Of a DNA stretch of 37,623 nt, positions 26,035 to 35,241 are shown in pieces. Every line of letters begins with the position of its first letter. Within the stretch, counting starts at the first letter, position 1. The stretch spans positions 1 to 37,623 of the forward strand of contig JALSKU010000200.1 in the NCBI GenBank assembly GCA_026988685.1. The letters are read 5' to 3'. The position numbers and the translations under genes were made by a program. Source of the DNA: Campylobacterales bacterium (lineage in GTDB: Bacteria > Campylobacterota > Campylobacteria > Campylobacterales > JALSKU01). Below the pieces are notes generated by a model. The model ran no database searches. It was given only the letters and a program-made list of their open reading frames with translations, and was not told the origin of the DNA.

Positions 26035-26051
26035 TTTTGCAGTATCAAGGT

Positions 26052-26081
26052 AATTTTAAAAACAGAGAGTTTAGATGTTAA
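26052..26081 (+). repeat. Right copy of the perfect 30-bp direct repeat
   Basis: Identical to 19389-19418. It contains the SD-like AGAGAG and the mrcA ATG (26075). Confidence 0.95.
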
Positions 26082-27991
26082 AATATATCATTTCATTTAT
26101 CTTTATAGTTGTTATCGGAGTTTTTGCTTTTTTGCTTAAAACTTACTCGGATATAAGGTTTGAGGCTTATAAGGTTATCAACTATGAGCCCGATTTGACT
26201 ACCAGGATCTTTGATAGAAACGGAAAGCTTATAGCCAATATTTTTGGAAAACATAATAGAGTATATGTCAAATACAAAGATATACCCCCAAGAGTGATAG
26301 AGTCTTTGGTGGCTATAGAAGATACTCTCTTTTTTGAGCACAGCGGGATAAATCTTGAGGCGATTTTTAGAGCAGCTATAAAAGATATAAAGGCTATGAA
26401 GTTTGTCGAGGGTGCCAGTACTCTTACTCAGCAACTTATAAAAGATACCTTGCTAACTAGAAACAAGACGATCTTGAGAAAGATAAAAGAGGCGCTCTTA
26501 GCCATTAGGGTTGATAGCGCTTTAACAAAAGAGCAGATCATAGAGAGGTATCTAAACCAGGTATACTTTGGTCATGGTTATTATGGTATCAAAACTGCGG
26601 CTTTAGGCTATTTTCATAAAGAGCTAAATGAACTTAGTTTAAAAGAGATAGCCATACTTGTTGGTCTTCCAAAGGCCCCAAGTGCCTACAATCCTGCCAA
26701 ACATATGGATCTTTCACTTGCCAGAGCAAATATGGTGCTTGATAGGCTCTACAAGCTTGGCTGGATAGATGCAAAACAGTATGAAAAATCACTAAATGAA
26801 CGACCGTTAGTATATGACGATACCCTAACTCAAAATGTTGCTCCCTATGTTACGGATGAAGTTGTCAAGAGACTATCAAAAAAGTATAAAGATTTAAAAA
26901 CCGGTGGCTATAAGATATATACAACTATAGATCTTGATGAGCAGTTTTTGGCAAAAAAAGCTTTGAAGTTTGGGTATGACGGTATCATTAAAAGAGATAA
27001 AGATATAAACTCTACATTAAATGGCGCTATGGTTGTGATGGATAATCATACCGGAGAAGTGTTGGCAATGGTTGGCGGGGTTGACTATAAAAAGAGTAGT
27101 TTTAACAGGGCTACTCAAAGCAAAAGACAACCGGGATCCAGCATAAAACCTTTCATATATCAGATAGCGCTAAACTATGGCTACAGTGAGGCAACCAAGA
27201 TAGCCGATATATCAAGAGTTTATGAAGATAAGATAAAAAATAAAGATTGGAAACCAAGAAATTATGAGAATAACTTTGAAGGATTGATAACACTTGAAGA
27301 CGCACTTGTTCACTCAAGGAACTTGGCCACTATAAATCTTGTAAATGATTTGGGTCTTGAAAATGTCTATAAAAATCTAAAATTTTTAGGTTTTAAGGGA
27401 GTTCCCTATGACCTTTCAATCGCTCTTGGTAGTTTTGGCGTCTCTCCGTATGAGTTTGCCGGTAAATACACTCTCTTTTCCAACTATGGAGAGATGATGA
27501 AGCCACTACTTATAAAAAAGATTGTAAACAGGTTTAGAGATATGGAGATTTACAAGCCTCAGGGCAAAAAGATAAATGAGCCTAAACAGGCGTATTTGAT
27601 GATAGATATACTAAAAAATGTTGTTTTAAGGGGTACGGGAAGAAATGCCAGGATAAAAGGTATAGAAACAGCAGGAAAAACGGGAACCACCAATAACTAT
27701 ATAGATGCTTGGTTTTGCGGTTTTACTCCTGATATAGAAGTGATCACCTGGTATGGACATGATGACAATACACCGATGAAAAGAAGAGAAACAGGTGGAA
27801 GAGCTGCTGCTCCGGCTTTTAACTACTTTGTCTCAAACTATCTTGCAATCCACCCTGAAACAAAAAGAGAGTTTAAGATACCAAAAGGTGTCGATAAATT
27901 TGTTAAAGATGGAAAAACATACTACTTTACGGATATTTCAAAACCTCCAAAAGAGGGCAACGGTGATAGTAGCAGTAAACTTATATTTTAG
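26075..27991 (+). CDS. mrcA: Penicillin-binding protein 1A (bifunctional glycosyltransferase/transpeptidase)
   Basis: 638 aa with an N-terminal TM segment. GT51 motifs are 'EDTLFFEHSGIN', 'GASTLTQQL' and 'RKIKEA'. Transpeptidase motifs are 'SSIKPF' (SxxK), 'SRN' and 'KTGTT'. Confidence 0.92.
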   Translation: MLKYIISFIFIVVIGVFAFLLKTYSDIRFEAYKVINYEPDLTTRIFDRNGKLIANIFGKHNRVYVKYKDIPPRVIESLVAIEDTLFFEHSGINLEAIFRAAIKDIKAMKFVEGASTLTQQLIKDTLLTRNKTILRKIKEALLAIRVDSALTKEQIIERYLNQVYFGHGYYGIKTAALGYFHKELNELSLKEIAILVGLPKAPSAYNPAKHMDLSLARANMVLDRLYKLGWIDAKQYEKSLNERPLVYDDTLTQNVAPYVTDEVVKRLSKKYKDLKTGGYKIYTTIDLDEQFLAKKALKFGYDGIIKRDKDINSTLNGAMVVMDNHTGEVLAMVGGVDYKKSSFNRATQSKRQPGSSIKPFIYQIALNYGYSEATKIADISRVYEDKIKNKDWKPRNYENNFEGLITLEDALVHSRNLATINLVNDLGLENVYKNLKFLGFKGVPYDLSIALGSFGVSPYEFAGKYTLFSNYGEMMKPLLIKKIVNRFRDMEIYKPQGKKINEPKQAYLMIDILKNVVLRGTGRNARIKGIETAGKTGTTNNYIDAWFCGFTPDIEVITWYGHDDNTPMKRRETGGRAAAPAFNYFVSNYLAIHPETKREFKIPKGVDKFVKDGKTYYFTDISKPPKEGNGDSSSKLIF

Positions 27992-28028
27992 GAGTAAAGG
28001 TAAAGAGGTGTAAAGCAGTAAAGAAGTT

Positions 28029-28050
28029 AGGAGGAACTCTCGTTCCTCCT
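28029..28050. terminator. GC-rich hairpin between convergent mrcA and glnA (candidate bidirectional terminator)
   Basis: AGGAGGAAC-TCTC-GTTCCTCCT forms a 9-bp perfect stem with a 4-nt loop, located between the stops at 27991 (+) and 28075 (-). The flanking U-tracts are weak. Confidence 0.4.
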
Positions 28051-28074
28051 CTCTCACATCTCGTCTCTAGAAAA

Positions 28075-29505
28075 CTAGCAAGAGTAAGTTGACTTAAACT
28101 CAAAAGCTGTTGGTCTGGCTTCGTCTGGCCAAACTTGGGTTTCAAATTTGTAGTGTTGATATGTATCTATGAAAAGGTCACTCATAACAGGCTTTAAGAA
28201 GTCATTGTCTGCTATAAGTCCCTCTAATGCTTCTCTTAGAGTGTGTGGCATTTGAGGTATACCTTTTTCTCTAATTTCTGCTAAGCTTAACTCAAAAAGG
28301 TCTTCATTCATAGGACCTACAGGTTCATATTGATTTTTTATACCGTCAAGTCCTGCAAGTAGCATTGCACTAAAAGCAAGATATGGGCAAGCAGTTGAAT
28401 CAGGGAATCTTAACTCTATCCTTGTAGCGGCTTCTCCTGCACCATAAGGTATCCTGCAGCTTGCAGATCTGTTTTGGCTTGAGAAAGTTAGTATGCTTGG
28501 AGCTTCGAAGCCAGGTATTAATCTCTTGTAAGAGTTTGTCGATGCGTTTGTAAATGCCGCAACTGCATGAGCGTGTTTAAATACACCACCAATATACCAT
28601 CTTGCTTCATCACTCAAGTTCGCATAATTTCCCTCTTTGTAGAAAAGGTTTTTGCCATCTTTCCAGATTGACTGGTGAGTGTGCATTCCGTTTCCATTGT
28701 CTCCGTAGAGTGGTTTTGGCATAAATGTTGCAGTTTTGCCGTTTAGATGCGCAACCATTTTCACAACATATTTATACTTTTGGACATTATCTCCGGCTTC
28801 TATGATATCGCCATATTTAACACCTATCTCGCCTTGAGCCTGGGCAACTTCGTGGTGACCCAAAGCAACTTCCAAGCCAACCTCTTCAAGAACTTGCATC
28901 ATTTCCGCTCTTAGGTCAACCATAGAGTCGATTGGTTGAATAGGAAAGTAACCGCCTTTTGTTCTTGGTCTGTGTCCGGTGTTCATATCATCTATAAAAG
29001 TGGTAGGGTCATTCCACTCGCCCTCGCTTGAATTTACCTCATAATAAGCAGAGTTTATCTCATCTTTTATCTTAACATCATCAAAGATGAAAAATTCATT
29101 TTCAGGACCAAAATATGCTTCATTGCCTATACCAGACTCTTGAAGGTATTTTAGAGTCTTTTTGGCTATACTTCTTGGGCACTTCTCGTAAAGCTCGCCT
29201 TTATATATATCAAATACATCGCAGATAACTATAACAGTAGGATCAGCCGTAAAAGGGTCTAAAAATGCTGTCGGGACATCCGGCTTTAAAATCATATCAG
29301 ACTCATTTATAGGCTGCCAAGCCTCTATGGAACTACCGTCAAAAGGGATACCGGAAACTAGCATATCCTCATTAACCGCACTTAGGTTATATGTTATATG
29401 ATGCCATGTACCTTTGATATCGGTAAATCTAAAATCGATAAATTTTACCTCATTCTCTTCGCAAAATTCATAGAATTCTACAACACTGTTAACAAATTTT
29501 CCCAT
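28075..29505 (-). CDS. glnA: Glutamine synthetase, type I
   Basis: 476 aa with '[10 protein letters not shown]', '[10 protein letters not shown]', '[16 protein letters not shown]' and '[13 protein letters not shown]' blocks. Confidence 0.95.
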   Translation of the reverse strand: MGKFVNSVVEFYEFCEENEVKFIDFRFTDIKGTWHHITYNLSAVNEDMLVSGIPFDGSSIEAWQPINESDMILKPDVPTAFLDPFTADPTVIVICDVFDIYKGELYEKCPRSIAKKTLKYLQESGIGNEAYFGPENEFFIFDDVKIKDEINSAYYEVNSSEGEWNDPTTFIDDMNTGHRPRTKGGYFPIQPIDSMVDLRAEMMQVLEEVGLEVALGHHEVAQAQGEIGVKYGDIIEAGDNVQKYKYVVKMVAHLNGKTATFMPKPLYGDNGNGMHTHQSIWKDGKNLFYKEGNYANLSDEARWYIGGVFKHAHAVAAFTNASTNSYKRLIPGFEAPSILTFSSQNRSASCRIPYGAGEAATRIELRFPDSTACPYLAFSAMLLAGLDGIKNQYEPVGPMNEDLFELSLAEIREKGIPQMPHTLREALEGLIADNDFLKPVMSDLFIDTYQHYKFETQVWPDEARPTAFEFKSTYSC

Positions 29506-29574
29506 ATATTCTCTCCTTGCTTAAATTTTTCATTATGATAGCATATTTATTTTAAGAGGGTGATGAAAAAGTGA

Positions 29575-30354
29575 TTAAAAATTAATCAATTCTCTATCTC
29601 TATTTTTAAAAACTGCACATTTTTTATATCCGAATCTTTTAACTACTTGTAGGAGTTCTTTAGCTCCAGCTCCTATATCTTCAGGCTTGTGAGCATCACT
29701 TCCAAAGGTTATAGGTATCTCGTATTCGCTTATAAGTTCCATAAGTTTTTCTCCCGGATATATCTCTTTGCAGGGTTTTCTAAGCCCGGCGCTATTTAAC
29801 TCCACAACCATATCGGCATCTTTTATAGCCTTGATGGCATCTTGTGCTATAACTCTTATATCTTTTTTAGGCAAGAAATTAAAAAGTTTCATAAGATCTA
29901 TATGACCTACTATATCAAACAGTCCACTTTTTGCCATATCTTTTATAGCATCAAAATAGTCTCTCCACAAAAGATCTAAGTCTCTGTTTTTATAATCTTT
30001 TATAAATTCCGGGTTGTCAAAACCCCATCCATCTAAAAAGTGAACTGAACCTATCAGATAATCAACCTTAGCTTTCAACACTCTTTTATCCATATAACCG
30101 GGTAGATAATCAACCTCATATCCAAGAAGAATATCTAAATCTTTACTATATCTCTCTTTCAATATTAAAACTTTTGACTCATACAAGGGCATCTCATCAA
30201 AGCTCATCCTGTACTTCTTGTCAAAATCCATAGGAGCATGATCGCTAAAACCAAAATATTTTGTCCCGTTTTTTATAGCTTTGAGCACAAACTCATCCAT
30301 CTCACCGCTGGCGTGATTGCAAAGTTTTGTATGGTTATGAATATCTACTAACAT
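29575..30354 (-). CDS. PHP-family histidinol-phosphatase (HisJ/HisK type)
   Basis: 259 aa with 'DIHNHTKLCNHA', 'FSDHAP', 'GSVH', 'GHIDL' and 'GSDAH' metal-binding blocks characteristic of PHP histidinol phosphatases. Confidence 0.8.
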   Translation of the reverse strand: MLVDIHNHTKLCNHASGEMDEFVLKAIKNGTKYFGFSDHAPMDFDKKYRMSFDEMPLYESKVLILKERYSKDLDILLGYEVDYLPGYMDKRVLKAKVDYLIGSVHFLDGWGFDNPEFIKDYKNRDLDLLWRDYFDAIKDMAKSGLFDIVGHIDLMKLFNFLPKKDIRVIAQDAIKAIKDADMVVELNSAGLRKPCKEIYPGEKLMELISEYEIPITFGSDAHKPEDIGAGAKELLQVVKRFGYKKCAVFKNRDRELINF

Positions 30355-30428
30355 CTATACATCCAATTTTAATTTAATACAAATTATATTATAATATAGC
30401 AAATATTTTTATAAAACGGGAGAAAGGT

Positions 30429-31136
30429 ATGACTCAGGAAGAACTTGATGCTCTTATGGCAGGAGGGCTTGATGATGACGATATGGAAGAGGATGTTGTA
30501 GAAGATGAAGAAGAAAATGGCAACAATGTAGATAAAGAGAGTGAAAAAAGCAACGAATCCACTTCTGAAGATTACAAACTAGAAGGCGCCAAAACCTGGC
30601 CTCCACCGCCACCTACCGAAGATCACAAGGTAGTTGAACAACTTGATGATGTTACAAGAGACTCCGAGGTAAAGGCTACGGAGATATTTGATAAGCTTGA
30701 AGCTATCAGTGACTTTACCATGCAGGTTGAAAACGATGCTAATGATGTATTGGATATTGCTAAAAAAGATATAGAGGTATTTAAAAAACTGACAGATAAA
30801 TTTCCTCATGTTCAAGTTTTCAAAGAGAGACTTGAAGCAAATGAGGAGGCCACGGAAAAGATAGAAAATCTTATAAGCAATGCCCAAATGTCAAGTGACG
30901 AGATCATGATGATAATGGATATAATGCAGTATCAAGATATCCACAGGCAAAAGATAGAGAGGGTTATAAATGTTATAAGAACTTTGGCAAGTTATATGAA
31001 CTCACTCTTTTCGGCCAGTAAAGAGGATGACAAGAGGGTAGGATCTGCTGTTCATATAGCAGGAGATACCTCTACTGAAGATGTTGTAAGCAATGATGAT
31101 ATAGAGGCTCTTATAGAACAGCTTGGTAAAAAATAG
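30429..31136 (+). CDS. CheZ-like chemotaxis phosphatase (remote epsilonproteobacterial CheZ type)
   Basis: 235 aa with an acidic N-terminus. 'YQDIHRQKIERV' gives a D170-x3-Q174 spacing like the catalytic D143/Q147 of E. coli CheZ. The acidic amphipathic C-terminus 'DDIEALIEQLG' resembles the CheY-binding tail. Family membership is inferred and not verified. Confidence 0.55.
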   Translation: MTQEELDALMAGGLDDDDMEEDVVEDEEENGNNVDKESEKSNESTSEDYKLEGAKTWPPPPPTEDHKVVEQLDDVTRDSEVKATEIFDKLEAISDFTMQVENDANDVLDIAKKDIEVFKKLTDKFPHVQVFKERLEANEEATEKIENLISNAQMSSDEIMMIMDIMQYQDIHRQKIERVINVIRTLASYMNSLFSASKEDDKRVGSAVHIAGDTSTEDVVSNDDIEALIEQLGKK

Positions 31137-31146
31137 AGGAAAATTT

Positions 31147-32415
31147 GTGGATAAAAAAGTAGAGCTTTTGGCTCCTGCCGGCAATTTTGAGAAGCTAAAA
31201 ATCGCTCTTGAGTATGGAGCGGATGCCGTTTATGGCGGAGTAAGTCATTTCTCTTTGAGGATCAGAAGCTCCAAAGAGTTTAGTTATGAGAGTTTTAAAG
31301 AGGCAGTTAGCTATACTCATAAAAAAGGTAAAAAGATATATGCAACGATTAACGGATTTCCTTTTAACTCTCAGATACCTCTTTTAGAAAAACATATAAA
31401 AAAGATGGCTGATTTGGGAGTCGATGCTTTTATAGTTTCAACTCCGGGAGTTGTTAGACTCTCAAAAGAGATAGCACCCAAGATGCCAATCCATCTTTCA
31501 ACTCAGGCAAATGTCATGAACTATCTTGATGCACTTTTTTATAGAGAAGTTGGTGTAAAAAGAATCATAGTTGCCAGAGAGGTGGGGCTTAAAGATTTAA
31601 AAGAGATAAAAAAGAGAGTTCCCGATATGGAGTTTGAGATATTTGTCCATGGCTCGATGTGTTTTGCATATAGCGGCAGATGTCTTATAAGCTCACTTCA
31701 AAGCGGAAGGGTGCCAAACAGGGGGAGTTGTGCCAATGATTGTAGATTTCCTTACACTTTGTATGCCAAAAATGAGGAGAGCGGAGCACTTTTGAAGATA
31801 GAAGAGGATGAAAACGGCACACATATAATGAATGCCAAAGATTTAAACCTCTCCTCCTATGTGGATGAGATACTAAAAAGTGGAGTTGTGGACTCATTAA
31901 AGATAGAGGGTAGGACAAAAAGCCCCTACTATGTTGCTGTAACAACAAGAGCTTATAGAATGGCTATAGATGATTTTTACAAAGGAGAGTTTGAAGCCAA
32001 AAAGTATGAAAAGGAGCTTCTAACTACAAAACATAGAGGTTTTAGTGATGGCTATTTGGTTAAAAGACCTTTTGAAAAAGATGGCACTCAAAATCTTGAA
32101 GAGTCTATAAGCGAAGGAACTCACCAGGTATATGCCATAGTTGATGAAGAGGGTGAGCATTTTTTTGCAAGGGACAGGGTAGAGCCCGGTGTTGGTTACG
32201 AAATAGTAACGCCTTTAAATGCCAAGATAGTTAGGTGTAAAAATGAGATAGGGGAAATTTTTAAAAAAGAGGGACTATGGCAGATAGTTTTTAATAAGAT
32301 AGAGACAAAAAATGGAAAAGTACTTGAAGCAATTCACAGCGGCAATACAAATCCGGTAAAATTACCTTGTAAACTACCGGCATTTAGTTTTTTTAGAAGA
32401 GAGGTAAATGTATGA
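31147..32415 (+). CDS. Peptidase U32 family protein (collagenase-like; YegQ/TrhP-like)
   Basis: 'ELLAPAGN' at the N-terminus, 'E.FVHGSMCFAYSGRCLIS' and 'RGSCANDCR' Cys-rich blocks, and 'LKIEGR'. I prefer the GTG at 31147 (SD AGAGGA at 31134-31139) over the ORF-track TTG at 31123, which overlaps the upstream gene. Confidence 0.8.
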   Translation: MDKKVELLAPAGNFEKLKIALEYGADAVYGGVSHFSLRIRSSKEFSYESFKEAVSYTHKKGKKIYATINGFPFNSQIPLLEKHIKKMADLGVDAFIVSTPGVVRLSKEIAPKMPIHLSTQANVMNYLDALFYREVGVKRIIVAREVGLKDLKEIKKRVPDMEFEIFVHGSMCFAYSGRCLISSLQSGRVPNRGSCANDCRFPYTLYAKNEESGALLKIEEDENGTHIMNAKDLNLSSYVDEILKSGVVDSLKIEGRTKSPYYVAVTTRAYRMAIDDFYKGEFEAKKYEKELLTTKHRGFSDGYLVKRPFEKDGTQNLEESISEGTHQVYAIVDEEGEHFFARDRVEPGVGYEIVTPLNAKIVRCKNEIGEIFKKEGLWQIVFNKIETKNGKVLEAIHSGNTNPVKLPCKLPAFSFFRREVNV

Positions 32416-32906
32416 AATTTGTATCTATTATAATGGGTAGCAAAAGTGACTTTGAAGTTATGAATGAGTGTATAAAAATACTCGAAAAGTTTTATGTGCC
32501 TTATGAGATTATCATCTCTTCGGCTCACAGAAGTCCAAAAAGGACTTATGACTATGTGAAAAATGCCGAGTTAAAAGGTGCCAGGGTGTTTATAGCCGGA
32601 GCCGGTATGGCAGCGCATTTGGCTGGAGCAATTGCGGCAAATACTACTAAACCGGTCATCGGAGTGCCTTTAAAAGGCGGAGCTTTAGATGGGCTTGATG
32701 CACTTTTAAGCACCGTTCAAATGCCGGCAGGTATGCCTGTAGCAACTCTTGCTATGGGTAAAGCCGGAGCTATCAATGCAGCGTATCTTTCTATGCAGAT
32801 TTTAGCTTTGGAGGATGAAGACTTAAGAGCTAAACTGCAAGAGGATAGAGTTTTAAAAGCCAAAAAGGTTGAGATAGACTCCCAATCCGTAGAAAAATTT
32901 ATATAG
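32412..32906 (+). CDS. purE: N5-carboxyaminoimidazole ribonucleotide mutase
   Basis: 164 aa with 'IMGSKSD', 'SAHRSP', 'AGMAAHLAG' and 'PVIGVP' blocks. It overlaps the U32 stop (ATGA). Confidence 0.93.
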   Translation: MKFVSIIMGSKSDFEVMNECIKILEKFYVPYEIIISSAHRSPKRTYDYVKNAELKGARVFIAGAGMAAHLAGAIAANTTKPVIGVPLKGGALDGLDALLSTVQMPAGMPVATLAMGKAGAINAAYLSMQILALEDEDLRAKLQEDRVLKAKKVEIDSQSVEKFI

Positions 32907-32914
32907 GGGTTTTT

Positions 32915-33397
32915 ATGCAGAACTGGCTGGAGTTTGATGATTTTTGTAAACTTGTAGATCTTGATAAGAGTGTTGTTAAAGATATGATAGAAAGAGGTGT
33001 TCTTGTAAGTAAAAATGAAGGTGAAAAGATCTATATAGAAGCTACAAAAGGTGCTGTCGCAGTTATGCCTAAAGAGAGCAGGGAGCTAAATAAAGAGGTC
33101 TCTTTAGGGCTAGGTGCTGAGTTTGTGGAGAAGACTATAGGAACTATCTTGGAGCTTCATAAAGAGGTACTTGACAGCAAAGATGAAACCGTTGAAGTTT
33201 TAAAAGAGGAGAACAATTTTTTAAAAGAGGCTCTTTTATCTTTGCAAACTCTTTATGATGAAGATAGAAAAACCATAGAGGCTTTACAGGCTCAAGTAAA
33301 AGATGTGCAAAAAGAGCTTGAATTTTGTCGAAGAAAGTATAAAATGATGTGGAATAAGGCGATAGAAAATTATAACAAAGGAGGGAAAAATGGATAA
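32915..33397 (+). CDS. Hypothetical protein: N-terminal HTH-like segment + coiled coil
   Basis: 160 aa. No family recognised with certainty. The central and C-terminal region is heptad-rich ('LKEENNFLKEALLSLQTLYDEDRKTIEALQAQVKDVQKELE'). It overlaps the next gene by 8 nt. Confidence 0.5.
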   Translation: MQNWLEFDDFCKLVDLDKSVVKDMIERGVLVSKNEGEKIYIEATKGAVAVMPKESRELNKEVSLGLGAEFVEKTIGTILELHKEVLDSKDETVEVLKEENNFLKEALLSLQTLYDEDRKTIEALQAQVKDVQKELEFCRRKYKMMWNKAIENYNKGGKNG

Positions 33398-33641
33398 AAA
33401 AACTCAAAAAAGAGTAGTTTTGTTTACTGCTCCCGGATGTCACTGGTGTACAACTGCCAAAAACCACTTCAAGCAACACGGTATAAAATTTAGAGCCATA
33501 GATATAAGCAGAGATAAAGCTGCTGCCAAAGATTGCGAAAGACATGGATGCAGAGGTGTTCCTGTAGTGATGATAGGAAGCAGATGGATTTGCGGATTTG
33601 ATAAAAACAAAATAAACAGAGAATTGGGATTGAAAGGATAA
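33390..33641 (+). CDS. Glutaredoxin-like protein (YruB-type, CxxC thioredoxin fold)
   Basis: 83 aa with the 'VVLFTAPGCHWCTTAK' active site and 'GVPVVMIGSRWICGFD'. Confidence 0.75.
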   Translation: MDKKTQKRVVLFTAPGCHWCTTAKNHFKQHGIKFRAIDISRDKAAAKDCERHGCRGVPVVMIGSRWICGFDKNKINRELGLKG

Positions 33642-33644
33642 TAT

Positions 33645-34514
33645 GTGTTAAATTTTTCACAAATGCTGCTCAAACTGCAGGAGTTTTGGGCAAATGAGGG
33701 TTGTAATGTGGTGCAGCCTTATGATCTTCCTGCAGGTGCGGGAACTTTTCACAATGCAACTTTTTTAAGAAGTCTCGGCAAAAAACCTTGGAGTGCAGCT
33801 TATGTTGCACCATCAAGAAGACCGACTGACGGTAGATACGGTGAAAATCCAAACAGGCTTGGAAGTTACTATCAGTTTCAAGTTATCATAAAACCTAGCC
33901 CTGATAATATCCAGGAGCTTTATCTAAAGAGTTTGGAGTTTTTAGGATTGGATTTGAAAAAGCATGATGTTAGGTTTGTCGAAGATAACTGGGAGAGTCC
34001 GACTCTTGGAGCTTGGGGGCTTGGTTGGGAGGTTTGGATAGATGGTATGGAAGTGACCCAGTTTACCTACTTTCAACAGGTAGGTGGCTTTGCCTGTCAT
34101 CCGATTTCAGTCGAGATAACTTATGGGGTTGAGAGACTTGCTATGTATCTACAAAACAGAGATAGTGTCTTTGATATAGTATGGAGTGAGAATGAAAATG
34201 GAGTAACTACATACGGCGATGTTCACAAAGAGAGCGAGTATGAATTTAGCAAATACAACTTTGAAGTAGCTGATGTTGATATGCTTTTTAGGCAGTTTGA
34301 AAGTGCTCAAAAAGAGTGTAAAAACTGTCTTGAGGCTAACTTGCCTCTGCCGGCTTATGATCAATGCCTTATAGCATCTCATACATTCAATGTCCTGGAT
34401 GCCAGAAAAGCTATCTCAGTAACAAGCAGACAAAACTATATACTAAAGATAAGAGAACTTGCTAAGGGTTGTGCCGGAAAATATCTTGAAGTCATAGAGG
34501 AAAAAGCATCTTGA
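33645..34514 (+). CDS. glyQ: Glycine--tRNA ligase alpha subunit (GTG start)
   Basis: 289 aa with '[12 protein letters not shown]', '[17 protein letters not shown]' and '[21 protein letters not shown]' near-invariant GlyQ blocks. Confidence 0.95.
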   Translation: MLNFSQMLLKLQEFWANEGCNVVQPYDLPAGAGTFHNATFLRSLGKKPWSAAYVAPSRRPTDGRYGENPNRLGSYYQFQVIIKPSPDNIQELYLKSLEFLGLDLKKHDVRFVEDNWESPTLGAWGLGWEVWIDGMEVTQFTYFQQVGGFACHPISVEITYGVERLAMYLQNRDSVFDIVWSENENGVTTYGDVHKESEYEFSKYNFEVADVDMLFRQFESAQKECKNCLEANLPLPAYDQCLIASHTFNVLDARKAISVTSRQNYILKIRELAKGCAGKYLEVIEEKAS

Positions 34515-35233
34515 AGATAGCTGAAATTTATGAGATATTAGATAGTATAGCACCTTTTGAGCTTCAAGAAGAGTGGGATAATAGCGGCATCATAATAGGT
34601 GCAAAAAGTAGTGAATTTGATAAAGTGTATCTAAGCTTAGATGTAGATAGTGAGCTTTTGGATAAAATTGAGGAAAATTCACTTCTTATCACCCATCATC
34701 CGCTTATCTTTAGAGGGGTAAAAAAGATAGATTTTGATAGTTACCCTACAAACCTTGTGCAGAAAATGGTAAAAAAAGATATAAAGCTTATAAGTTTGCA
34801 TACTAACTATGACAAAGCAAAGCTCAACAGATTTGTTGCGGAAGATATTTTGGGTTATAAGGTGATAGAGTGTGATGAGTTTATCTGCTACTTTGAAGTT
34901 GAGGATAGATTTGCAAATTTTTACCAAGATATTACAAAAAGGTTAAAGCTACCTTGTGTGAAGATTGTTGAGTCAAAGGATTTTATAAAAACTGCAGCAT
35001 TGACAACCGGAAGTGGGGCTGAGTTCATATCAAAAGTAGAGGCTGATTGCTTTTTAACGGGAGATATAAAATACCATCAAGCTTATGAAGCTAAAGAGAA
35101 TGGTTTGAGTCTTATTGAGATAGGACATTTTGAGAGTGAGATATTTTTTGCTGAAAGTCTGAGTAAAAATTTGAAAAATTTTGATATTCAGGCTATAATT
35201 GCAAATTCAAAAAACCCATTTACATATAAATAA
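34511..35233 (+). CDS. Nif3-like dinuclear metal centre protein (GTP cyclohydrolase I type 2 homologue), TTG start
   Basis: 240 aa with 'WDNSGI', '[11 protein letters not shown]', 'LHTNYD' and 'LTGDIKYHQ...IEIGHFESE' blocks. Confidence 0.85.
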   Translation: MKIAEIYEILDSIAPFELQEEWDNSGIIIGAKSSEFDKVYLSLDVDSELLDKIEENSLLITHHPLIFRGVKKIDFDSYPTNLVQKMVKKDIKLISLHTNYDKAKLNRFVAEDILGYKVIECDEFICYFEVEDRFANFYQDITKRLKLPCVKIVESKDFIKTAALTTGSGAEFISKVEADCFLTGDIKYHQAYEAKENGLSLIEIGHFESEIFFAESLSKNLKNFDIQAIIANSKNPFTYK

Positions 35234-35241
35234 GGAAAAAG

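Larger units (their letters stand above)
19419..26051 (+). mobile_element. ~6.6-kb inserted accessory (defence) island with no recognisable mobility gene
   Basis: It is bounded by the 30-bp direct repeat, interrupts an otherwise overlapping ABC-ATPase/mrcA junction and contains TA + R-M-S + TcmP + DUF5131 + an orphan ORF. Hand-counted lines inside it are much lower in G+C than flanking genes. Confidence 0.75.

Noticed and set aside
19419-26051. Search for an integrase, transposase, recombinase or terminal inverted repeats in the island
   Set aside because: None of the six island ORFs shows recombinase or DDE motifs, and the ends are direct rather than inverted repeats. I therefore did not call it an IS, transposon or integrative element, only an insertion with target duplication.
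27795-28013. 72-aa plus-strand ORF overlapping the 3' end of mrcA in another frame
   Set aside because: It is an alternative frame of a well-supported CDS, with no start context.
30385-30405. AT-only palindrome ATATTATAATAT in the hisJ-type/cheZ-like divergent intergenic region
   Set aside because: It is composed solely of A/T in a very AT-rich spacer, so it is expected by chance. It may simply be a -10-like TATAAT and does not support a specific call.
31123-31146. ORF-track TTG start for the U32 gene
   Set aside because: It would overlap the upstream gene by 14 nt and lacks an SD. The in-frame GTG at 31147 has AGAGGA 8 nt upstream and gives the canonical '..KVELLAPAGN' N-terminus.
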